A DNA stretch of 64,000 nucleotides from a bacterium (lineage in GTDB: Bacteria; UBA9089; JAHJRX01), in contig JAHJRX010000062.1 in NCBI GenBank assembly GCA_018830565.1, forward strand, positions 2,324-66,323, given 5' to 3'. Position 1 is the first letter of the stretch. Every line of letters begins with the position of its first letter. A program made the translations under genes and the position numbers. Under the pieces are notes generated by a model, which searched no databases, had not been told where the DNA came from, and saw only the letters and a program-made list of their open reading frames with translations. Shown piece after piece: positions 10,082 through 18,408 of this stretch.

Positions 10082-10441
10082 ATGATATTAAGAGAGTTTT
10101 TAAAGTCAAAGATTCATAGAGCAGTAATAACTAAAACAGAACTAAACTATAAAGGTAGTATCGGGATAGACAAAGCTATTTTAATAAAGAGCGATATTTT
10201 TCCAGGAGAAAAGGTCCATGTTCTTAATTTCAGAAATGGTCAAAGATTTGAAACATATACCATAGAAGAAAAAGAAGACTCTGGGAGGGTTATTCTTTAT
10301 GGACCAGCGGCGAGACTTGCCCATACTGGAGATGAAGTCTGTGTCCTTTCTTATGTCTTAGTAAGCAATGAAGAAGTTGACAAGATCAGACCAAAGATTG
10401 TAGAATTAAATCATGAAAATAAGATTGTTGGAGAAAGTTAG
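10082..10441 (+). CDS. panD: Aspartate 1-decarboxylase (pyruvoyl-dependent)
   Basis: 119 aa. KSKIHRAVIT...YKGSIGID contains the Gly-Ser self-cleavage site, and the length is typical. Confidence 0.9.
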   Translation: MILREFLKSKIHRAVITKTELNYKGSIGIDKAILIKSDIFPGEKVHVLNFRNGQRFETYTIEEKEDSGRVILYGPAARLAHTGDEVCVLSYVLVSNEEVDKIRPKIVELNHENKIVGES

Positions 10442-10513
10442 TTAGACTCGAAAGAAAGTTGAAACTTCAACTAACAACAGGGGCAAGGTAATTTCTAAAA
10501 GAAGAGAGCAACA

Positions 10514-12091
10514 ATGATAGAAGGATTACTCATACTCATAATATTTCTGCTTATTGGCACTGTAATATTAGTAGTCCGATTACAGTCAAAATTATCGCAG
10601 GTTGATCTCCAAATGGTTTTATTTTCTCTCGACAATCTGGACAAGGGAATTATAAGAATAGAATCAACCCTGAGAGATGATCTCTCCAGAAATCGAGACG
10701 AAACAAATCGCAACTCAAAGGAAGCCAGGGAGGAACTAACCAGATCTTTCCACTTGTTTGGCGAATCTGTTTCAACTAGAATGGGTCAAGTAGCTGATAT
10801 GCAGAAGAATCAGTTAGAAACCTTTGCCAGTAACTTGTCTTTGTTGACCCAAACAAATGAAGAAAAATTAACTCAATTAACTAACACGCTTGGTTCTAAG
10901 CTTGACACATTTCGAGAGAAATCTGAATTAGCTGCCAGGGAGAATCGAGAAGAGTTGACAGCTTCTCTCAAGTCTTTTCAAGATCAGTTTAAGGCAAGTG
11001 TTTCAGAATTCAATGACTTGCAAAAGCAGAAGTTTGATGGACTGGCCATAAAGCAAACCGAACTTCTTCAAGTAACTGAGCAACGTCTTGAAAAAATGCG
11101 AGACACTATTGAGATCAAGCTCAAATCTATCCAAGATGATAACAGTGACAAGCTTGAACGAATGCGTCAAACAGTTGACGAAAAATTGCACAAAACTTTA
11201 GAAGATAAGCTTGGGCATTCTTTTCAAATGGTTAGTAATCGTTTAGAGCAAGTTCAAAGAGGACTTGGGGAAATGCAGACCCTGGCTAACGGCGTTGGCG
11301 ATCTAAAGAAGGTGCTTTCTAATATAAAAACCCGGGGCTCACTTGGGGAGTACAGATTAGAAATGATCCTGGAGGCTATTTTAGCTCCTGAGCAGTATGC
11401 CAAGGATGTTGTTACCAAGGAGGGAAGCAGAGAAAATGTTGAGTTTGCCATCAAGCTTCCATCAAAAGACAACGAAATAGACTTCATTTGGCTTCCGGTC
11501 GATGCAAAATTTCCTCGTGCTACTTACGAAGCACTTCTGAACGCTTATGAAAAAGCTGATCTTGAGCTGGTCGAGGTAGCTACCAAAGAATTAGAAAAAA
11601 CAATCAAGTTGTTTGCAAAGGATATTAGGGATAAGTATCTTAATCCTCCGGTAACAACTGACTTTGCAATAATGTTCTTACCCTTCGAAGGCTTATATGC
11701 CGAAGTGGTAAAACGCCCTGCCCTTTTTGAAGTACTTCAAAGAGACTTCCGGGTGAATGTTGCTGGCCCTTCGACCTTTGCTGCCCTTATTCATAGCCTG
11801 CAAATGGGTTTTCGGACCCTGGCTATTCAGAAAAAATCAAGCCAAGTCTGGTCTTTACTTGGTGCAATCAAGACTGATTTTGGAAAATTTGCCACCATCC
11901 TTGATGGAATTAAAAATAACCTCCAGATTGCCACTAACAAGGTTGAAGATGCCAGTAAGAAGTCCAGAACCATTTCACGTAAGCTAAGGGATGTCGAGGC
12001 TTTACCACAAGCTGAGGCTGTTATCTTGTTAGACAATGATTCTGAGATAGATGCCGAAGAAACTAACGAGTTGATCCAAGAAAATCTATAG
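10514..12091 (+). CDS. rmuC: DNA recombination protein RmuC
   Basis: N-terminal TM helix, a long coiled coil and a C-terminal RmuC nuclease-like region (FAIMFLPFEGLYAEV). Confidence 0.8.
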   Translation: MIEGLLILIIFLLIGTVILVVRLQSKLSQVDLQMVLFSLDNLDKGIIRIESTLRDDLSRNRDETNRNSKEAREELTRSFHLFGESVSTRMGQVADMQKNQLETFASNLSLLTQTNEEKLTQLTNTLGSKLDTFREKSELAARENREELTASLKSFQDQFKASVSEFNDLQKQKFDGLAIKQTELLQVTEQRLEKMRDTIEIKLKSIQDDNSDKLERMRQTVDEKLHKTLEDKLGHSFQMVSNRLEQVQRGLGEMQTLANGVGDLKKVLSNIKTRGSLGEYRLEMILEAILAPEQYAKDVVTKEGSRENVEFAIKLPSKDNEIDFIWLPVDAKFPRATYEALLNAYEKADLELVEVATKELEKTIKLFAKDIRDKYLNPPVTTDFAIMFLPFEGLYAEVVKRPALFEVLQRDFRVNVAGPSTFAALIHSLQMGFRTLAIQKKSSQVWSLLGAIKTDFGKFATILDGIKNNLQIATNKVEDASKKSRTISRKLRDVEALPQAEAVILLDNDSEIDAEETNELIQENL

Positions 12092-12208
12092 TGAAAATAT
12101 ACCTACGCTTAATAGCCCAAACTACTGAAATAATGAATCCTTAGGAAGATTAAGAAGCTGGAAACCAAGAGATTGATCTTTACCCAATTTATTTTATAGG
12201 AGGAAAAA

Positions 12209-12529
12209 ATGACGGTGATTAATATTACGGATACTAATTTTGAAGAGGAGGTTATTAGAGCTAATATGCCAGTATTGGTTGATTTTTGGGCGGCTTGGTG
12301 TGCTCCCTGTAAAATGATTGTTCCGATATTAGAAGAATTAGCAGAGGAATATGAGTCAAAAGTAAAGGTAGCCAAGGTAAATGTAGATGAAAATCCAATC
12401 AAGACTTCTGAGTATAAAATAATGAGCATTCCTAATTTAAAGTTTTTTAAAGAAGGAAAAGTAGTTGATGAAATAATTGGGGGAGTGCCAAAAAAGGTGA
12501 TTAAGAAAAAACTTGATTCATTACTATAA
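12209..12529 (+). CDS. trxA: Thioredoxin
   Basis: 106 aa with the WCAPCK active site and PVLVDFWA context. Confidence 0.9.
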   Translation: MTVINITDTNFEEEVIRANMPVLVDFWAAWCAPCKMIVPILEELAEEYESKVKVAKVNVDENPIKTSEYKIMSIPNLKFFKEGKVVDEIIGGVPKKVIKKKLDSLL

Positions 12530-12606
12530 GTTAAGTTAATTTTGAAATCTTTTTTCAGGTATCTCTATCCAATAACCAAGCTTGGAATTTTGATCTTAAA
12601 AAAACT

Positions 12607-13641
12607 ATGGAATTATTAACTTATAATCTCAAACAAGCTTTAGTAATATCTACTTTTGTCTTTATAATGATGATGATGGTAGATTATCTTGAAATTTTAA
12701 CCCAGGGGAAGATGAGTCAGGTGATAAAAGGTGGTTATGGGAGGCAGTATCTTATTTCGTCTGGCTTGGCGGTGATACCAGGGTGCTGTGGGGCTTTTAT
12801 GAATGTTTCCTTTTATCTCCACGGTCTTTTAAGTTTTGGAGCGATAACAGGGAGTATGATTGCTGCTTCAGGAGATGAGGCTTTTGTGATGATATCCCTG
12901 TTTCCTAAGCAAGCCTTGATCTTATTTGGTCTTTTATTTACCTTGGGCGTGGCTTGCGCCTGGCTAATTGATAAAGTAGTAGTACCTTTATTAAAGATTA
13001 AACCTTGCCAAGTGTGCCAACTTTCTAAGTTGCATTTAAAAAGAAAAGATTGTCGGGTTCTTGATTTAAGTGGCGTAATTAAACATTTAAGAAAGATTTC
13101 CTTGGTTAGGTTTCTTTTAATAATAACTTGGATCATCCTTATTTATAGCTTAATGGCTGGAATTATTGGCCCAGAGAGCTGGGAATTAGAAAAAATAATT
13201 CTTTTTACGTTAATCTGGATAGCCGGGTTTATCGTTATTACTGCTCCAGATCATTACTTAGAAGAACATATTTGGGCACATTTAATTAAAAAACATTTAT
13301 GGCGAATCTTTTTATGGAGTTTCTTTGCTCTTTTATTAGTAGATCTAGGCCTAAAATCTTGCAATTTAGAATCTTTTATTAAGGCTCATATCCTTTGGGT
13401 GCTACTTGTTGCTTCATTAGTAGCTATTGTGCCTGAATCTGGACCTCATCTTATTTTTGTGATGATGTTTGCCAAGGGAATCATTCCTTTTTCTGTGCTT
13501 TTGACAAGCTCTATCATCCAAGATGGTCATGGGATGCTGCCCCTTCTTTCTCATACCGTCAAAAACTTTTTATGGATAAAGTTGATTAATCTTGTTATTG
13601 GTCTAAGTTGTGGTTTAATCTTATATGGATTAGGGTTTTAA
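12607..13641 (+). CDS. Polytopic membrane protein, possibly ArsP_2-type 10-TM heavy-metal exporter family
   Basis: About 10 hydrophobic segments. The segment IPGCCGAF...AASGDEAFVM resembles that family. Assigned from memory only. Confidence 0.35.
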   Translation: MELLTYNLKQALVISTFVFIMMMMVDYLEILTQGKMSQVIKGGYGRQYLISSGLAVIPGCCGAFMNVSFYLHGLLSFGAITGSMIAASGDEAFVMISLFPKQALILFGLLFTLGVACAWLIDKVVVPLLKIKPCQVCQLSKLHLKRKDCRVLDLSGVIKHLRKISLVRFLLIITWIILIYSLMAGIIGPESWELEKIILFTLIWIAGFIVITAPDHYLEEHIWAHLIKKHLWRIFLWSFFALLLVDLGLKSCNLESFIKAHILWVLLVASLVAIVPESGPHLIFVMMFAKGIIPFSVLLTSSIIQDGHGMLPLLSHTVKNFLWIKLINLVIGLSCGLILYGLGF

Positions 13642-13642
13642 T

Positions 13643-13758
13643 TATAGTAGTTATTAACGAAAACCGGACATAGAAAATAATACCGAGCAATAAAATATAA
13701 ACTTGCTTGTCCTTAAATTAATTTGCCCTATGTCAAATTTCCATTAATAGGTTCTATA
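13643..13758 (+). mobile_element. MITE-2 copy 1 (about 115-bp ORF-less repeat)
   Basis: TATAGTAGTTATTAACGAAAAC...CTATGTCAAATTTCCATTAATAGGTTCTATA. The termini are imperfect inverted repeats, and it shares its full length with the copies at 18065, 27562, 49267 and 53582. It ends 3 nt before the def ATG. Confidence 0.8.
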
Positions 13759-13761
13759 AAT

Positions 13762-14301
13762 ATGGCTATTTTACCTATAAAGAAATATCCCGATCTCGTT
13801 CTTCGTGAAAGAGCTAAAGAAGTTAATAAGATAAAGAAGAGAACGATCAGCTTAATTAATAACATGATAGAGACGATGTTGGCTAAAAAAGGAATTGGGT
13901 TAGCGGCTAATCAAGTAGGTGTTTTGCAGAGAATTATTATTGTTGATGTTGCTTCTTTAAACGGAGATAGAGAAAAGGCCCATGAGCGCGATTTGATCGT
14001 TCTTATTAATCCCGAAATCTTATTTCAAGAAGGAGAAACTATGGCGGAAGAAGGATGTCTGAGTTTTCCTAAGATTATGGGAAAAATAAAGAGAGCCTGG
14101 AAGATAAGAGTGAAAGGTCTTAATATAAATGGGGAAGAGGTAGAGATAGAAGCTACTAATTGGCCAGCGAGAGTCTTTTCTCATGAAATTGATCATCTTA
14201 ATGGGGTTTTATTTATTGATCGGATGGATAAAGAGACCAAAGAAGCGATCAAAGATCAATTAGGAATGTTAAAGAAAAAGAACCAACGTGATGAGGTTTA
14301 A
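13762..14301 (+). CDS. def: Peptide deformylase
   Basis: Motifs GIGLAANQ, EGCLS and HEIDH. I place the start at the ATG at 13762 (MAILPIKKYPD..., the canonical Def N-terminus). The track start at 13723 lies inside the MITE. Confidence 0.9.
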   Translation: MAILPIKKYPDLVLRERAKEVNKIKKRTISLINNMIETMLAKKGIGLAANQVGVLQRIIIVDVASLNGDREKAHERDLIVLINPEILFQEGETMAEEGCLSFPKIMGKIKRAWKIRVKGLNINGEEVEIEATNWPARVFSHEIDHLNGVLFIDRMDKETKEAIKDQLGMLKKKNQRDEV

Positions 14302-14498
14302 AGATTAATTAGGCATGTTAAAGAAAAAGAACCAACGTGATGAAGTTTAAAGATTAATTAGGCATGTTAAAGAAAAAGAACCAACGTGATGAGGTTTAAA
14401 GATTAATTAGGCATGTTAAAGAGAAAGAACCAACGTGATGAAGTTTAAAGATTAATTAGGAATGTTAAAGAGAAAGAACCAATGTGATGAAGTTTAAG
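14251..14498. repeat. 49-bp tandem repeat, about 5 copies, spanning the def stop and the start of the downstream gene
   Basis: Units start at 14251, 14300, 14349, 14398 and 14447. Consensus is AAAGATTAATTAGGCATGTTAAAGARAAAGAACCAAYGTGATGARGTTT. There is no unique spacer between units. Confidence 0.95.
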
Positions 14499-15269
14499 TA
14501 TATTTATGGACCTGTTTCTTCTTGGAGGTTAGGAAATTCCTTGGGCATAGACTTACTTTCCCAAGAAAGAAAAGTGTGTAGTTTTAATTGCCTTTATTGT
14601 CAACTGGGAGAAGAAACAGATTACTCCTTAGAAAGAAAGGTATATGTACCTACTGTAAAGATTATTGAAGAATTAAAAAGATTGCCTTTAGGCCAAATAG
14701 ATTATCTTACTTTTTCAGGCCAAGGCGAGTCTACCTTGGCCAAGAACTTAGGTGAAGTAATAAAGACAATAAGAACTTTACGAAAAGAGCCTATTGCCAT
14801 TTTAACTAATGCTACTTTAATAGCTCAAGAAGAGGTGAAAAATGAACTATCTCTAACTAATTTTGTAATTGCTAAGTTAGATGCGTCTTCTCAAGAAGAG
14901 TTAAACTTGATCAACAAACCGATCCCGGGAGTTAAATTTGATGAGATTTATCAAGGAATTAAGAGTTTTAAGAAGGAATATAAAGGGAAATTAGCCCTGC
15001 AAATGATGTTTATTAAAGAAAGTAATGAGCACCTGGAAAGATTAGCAGAGTTAGCTCTTGAAATTGCACCTGATGAAATCCAGATAAACACCCCCTTAAG
15101 ACCATGCCAAACTTTGCCTTTGTCCAAGGAGGAGATTTTTAAAATAAAGAAATTTTTCAAAAAGTTAAACTCTAAAAAATTAAGAGTAATTTCGGTTTAC
15201 GATAGAGAGCATAAAAAAATTAAGCCTCTTAATGTAGAAGATACTTTAAAAAGAAGGGGCAAGGATTAA
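14484..15269 (+). CDS. Radical SAM protein
   Basis: CSFNCLYCQ (CxxxCxxC) near the N-terminus. The start lies in the last unit of the tandem repeat. Confidence 0.7.
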   Translation: MMKFKYIYGPVSSWRLGNSLGIDLLSQERKVCSFNCLYCQLGEETDYSLERKVYVPTVKIIEELKRLPLGQIDYLTFSGQGESTLAKNLGEVIKTIRTLRKEPIAILTNATLIAQEEVKNELSLTNFVIAKLDASSQEELNLINKPIPGVKFDEIYQGIKSFKKEYKGKLALQMMFIKESNEHLERLAELALEIAPDEIQINTPLRPCQTLPLSKEEIFKIKKFFKKLNSKKLRVISVYDREHKKIKPLNVEDTLKRRGKD

Positions 15270-15271
15270 GC

Positions 15272-18027
15272 TTACTTAATAATAGCCATCTTTCCTTTAG
15301 CTTTTACTCCTGTCTCGTCGGAAACTAAGTAGAAGTAAACACCACTAGCTACCAGATCTCCTTTATCGCTCCGTAAATTCCATTCCATCTCTGGGAAGGT
15401 AATATCCATAGTTTTTATTAATTCTCCTACTTGGTTATAAATCTTGATTTTAGTATTATTAGAAGTAGGTAGATTAACAAAGGTAACTTTTTCTTCTGTT
15501 CCCTTGGCAAGCTTTAAAGGATTAGGATAATGAGAAATTTCACCGCTTTCTAAAGAAAGGACTTCTATCAGACGATAAATGCCAAAATTATTAATAGAAG
15601 TTGAAACAGTTTTAGAAGTAGGATCTATTTTTTGTTTTGCGTCAACTAAGATCCATCTTTCTTTTTTTTCATTAAGATAGAAAATTCTAAGACTTTTTTC
15701 TTTAATCTTTAGCTTTGAAACTGCTTCTGGAGAATAAGGAATAGCAATAGTAGTCTCTTTAACTTGAAGAGAAGACTTTTGGGCAGAGGAGATGCTAAGA
15801 GTATTTCCATAGATACTTAAAGCTTTAAACTCATAGGTGGTGTTATTTAAAGCGGTGGATAAACTTAAATTTTTATCACTTAAGACTAAAGCATTTGCTT
15901 TGGCAATAGCTGGGTTATTAGGCTTGTCATTGATGATGACATAGGCATCCATAGAAAGATTTTTTGCCGCTATGGTAATTGTTGCTCCACTAGAGCTAAT
16001 AGTAATCCCTCCGGCAGAAGCTTTAGTAACAATAGTAATCTTACCTTCTCCATAATCGTAGACCGGTGAATTGACAGAATCTTTAATCTTGCCTAAGATA
16101 TAAAAGTATCTTGTCCAAGGACACCAAGAAGGAATTTTAGAGAGATCTAAGAGATAGGTATCAGCATCGCCATCAAGATCTTCTTTAATTCCTGTAGCTA
16201 TTACTCCCCATTCTTTTCCCTCGGTCTCTGAGGTGTTGTTATCTTTATTCTTGTCTTTATCCCAGAATAAGGTGATATCAGCATTATCGTCAACATCAGT
16301 GTCTTCCCATTTAATGAGGTATTCGGTAGAGGCAGTGCCATCTTTGTCTGGAGGTTGGGTAATGGTGATGGTAGGGGGAATGTTAAGAGAAGTAATCTCC
16401 ACTACTTTGGAGAACTCAGAGGTATTGCCATCTTTATCGGTAGTCGTAGCCGTAATCTTGTCCCCTGCTTTAAGATTACTTAGAGTAATATCGAGATTAA
16501 AGTTACCATTTGCTCCATTAGTAAAGCTACTTAAATAAGTCTTTCCTTCTCCATAACCAGTAGAGTCAACCTCAGCTAAAAATATTTCGATGTGGTAGAG
16601 CCTCCAAAGAGACATTGTCCAGCTTCGCTGCCTACATAACCTTCTAAGTGAAGAGTATTGCCGCTTAAGGTTGCTTTAGTAATTACTGGGAAATCTATGC
16701 CTCTATTTCCATAATCATCATTATACTTTCCATCATTTAAGGTTACTCCCCATGTTTGTCCAATAGAAAGGTCGATGCCTAATCCATCGAAGGTTATATT
16801 TTCTTTTTCATTTATGTAGATATTATGGTAGATAGAATTTTGAGTAATTGTATTTTTAAGGCTATCTTCTTGATAGACATAGATACCTCCAGCCCAACCA
16901 CTATTAGTAATAGTATTTTTCTTTATTAAATTATTACTACATCCTTCCCATAATCCTATACCTGCCACACTATTGCCATCAGACTTTCCATCTGGAGTAA
17001 TGCCAAAATAGTTTCCTATGATAGTGCTCTGATCAAAGTTTATACATTCTAACCCTTCGCCGCCATCACCTGCTCCAGTAATATAATTAGCATCTTGTAG
17101 TTTATCGCCACCAACAGTATTTCCAAAGCTGTTCTTAAAGGCCACGAGATCATCTTGTTTTTTATAGTTTCCATGTCCCTTCCAATAGATGCCCCGAAGA
17201 ATAATATTGTTAGCACCTATAACATAAATTAATTCATCATATACTTCTTCAGGCCCCATAACGACAATTCCTGGCCCCCCTGGATATGCTCCTTTGCCCC
17301 ACTGAGCAGAGGCATCGAGAGTAAGATTATCATCAGTAACGGTGGGAAGAATACCTTGATCAGATTCATCAATAGTAAGATTTATGGAACCAAATACTTT
17401 AAAGATACTGGCATTTGCTCCTTTAACAGCATTACCATTTTTGATGAACTGTCTAAGAGAGCCTTGAGCAGCATCATTGGTATTAACGATCAGATTAAAG
17501 TTAAAACCAAAATTAATACCACTGACATTACCTGCATTTACGACTACTTTTGCCTTATGTTCATACTTGTTGTTTGTAAAATCATCAGCCACCTTTGAGT
17601 CTTGCCCTCCGAACTTTTCTCCGGTGTTTTCAGAATCTGCCTGGTAGGTTTGTTCAGCCCAAACATCACTTAAACTGAAGCAACTGTTATAACCAGCTTT
17701 TGGAGCTACCTCCTTAGAATTAACGACTACATAGTAGGTACCATTAAGTAGATTAGAAAAACTATAGTCTCCATTAGCATTAGTAGTGGTGGTAGATAAA
17801 ACAGTTCCTCCTGAATTTAAAAGTTTTACCATAACATTACTTTTACCTTCATCTCCTGTTTCAAGAGCATCTCCTTCTCCATCGATGTCTTCAAAGACCT
17901 GGCCAGAGAGGGCAGAGTAACAAAAGATACCTACTCTGTGATTACAAGCATCAGCCGCCGGGGCAACTTGGCCATAAATCCCCAAAATCATTCCCAGAAT
18001 CAACGCCAATCCCCATATTTTCTTCAT
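15272..18027 (-). pseudogene. Large secreted surface protein with SdrD/Cna-B-like domain, parallel beta-helix repeats and a T9SS/FlgD-Ig-like C-terminal domain, split by a -1 frame change near 16576-16615
   Basis: ORFs 16576..18027 and 15272..16615 overlap by 40 nt and read as one protein: ...GYVGSEAGQ / IEIFLAEVDSTGYGEGKTYL.... The first has a signal peptide. The C-terminus is ...GVYFYLVSDETGVKAKGKMAIIK. This could be a true frameshift, a recoding site or an assembly error. Confidence 0.55.
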
Positions 18028-18064
18028 AATTCCAACTCCCCTTTAAATTTTTATTAATTCAGAT

Positions 18065-18393
18065 TATAGTAGTTATATGCAATCTGATAAATTAGTTGTA
18101 TTTCCACCCCCTACCCCCGCCAGCGGGGGACAGCCTCGAGCTTATCCCCCGCTGGCGGGGAACAGCCTCGTGTGGATGTCCGTTGTTTCGTTGCCTTTTC
18201 GGACAGGGACAAGCTTATCCCCCGCTGGCGGGGGTAGGGGGTGGATTTTCCCTACGAGGTATGTCAACTTAATTAATGGATTGCATATATTAACGAAAAC
18301 TAGACATAGGAAATAATACCGAGCAATAAAAGATAAACTCGTTGGCACTCAATTAATTTGCTCTATGTCAAATTTTCATTAATAAGTGCTATA
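18065..18393 (+). mobile_element. MITE-2 copy 2, interrupted by MITE-1 copy B
   Basis: The left 11 nt TATAGTAGTTA and the remainder TATTAACGAAAACTAGACATAGG...CATTAATAAGTGCTATA are separated by the 212-bp element. Removing the element and one TA restores TAGTTATTAACG. Confidence 0.8.
18076..18287. mobile_element. MITE-1 copy B (212 bp), with the core inverted relative to its arms and an extra truncated core module
   Basis: Termini are TATGCAATCTG...GGATTGCATA with TA on both sides (18074-75 and 18288-89). The 16-mers lie at 18114-18129, 18146-18160 and 18219-18234. Confidence 0.8.
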
Positions 18394-18408
18394 AGCTGAT
18401 TAATCGGC

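Noticed and set aside
13723-13761. Upstream start for def at 13723
   Set aside because: The extension lies inside the MITE-2 copy. Canonical Def begins at MAILPIKK (ATG 13762).
14251-14498. Possible CRISPR array (regular repeats in an intergenic region)
   Set aside because: The units are contiguous 49-bp tandem copies with no unique spacers. They duplicate the flanking gene ends, and there are no cas genes nearby.
16585-16593. Programmed -1 frameshift as the primary explanation for the split surface-protein gene
   Set aside because: The UAU UUU UAG site could shift. However, the conserved-looking IEIF segment is encoded upstream of that site in the downstream frame, so a 1-nt deletion or assembly error explains the data better. 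It is kept only as an alternative in the finding.
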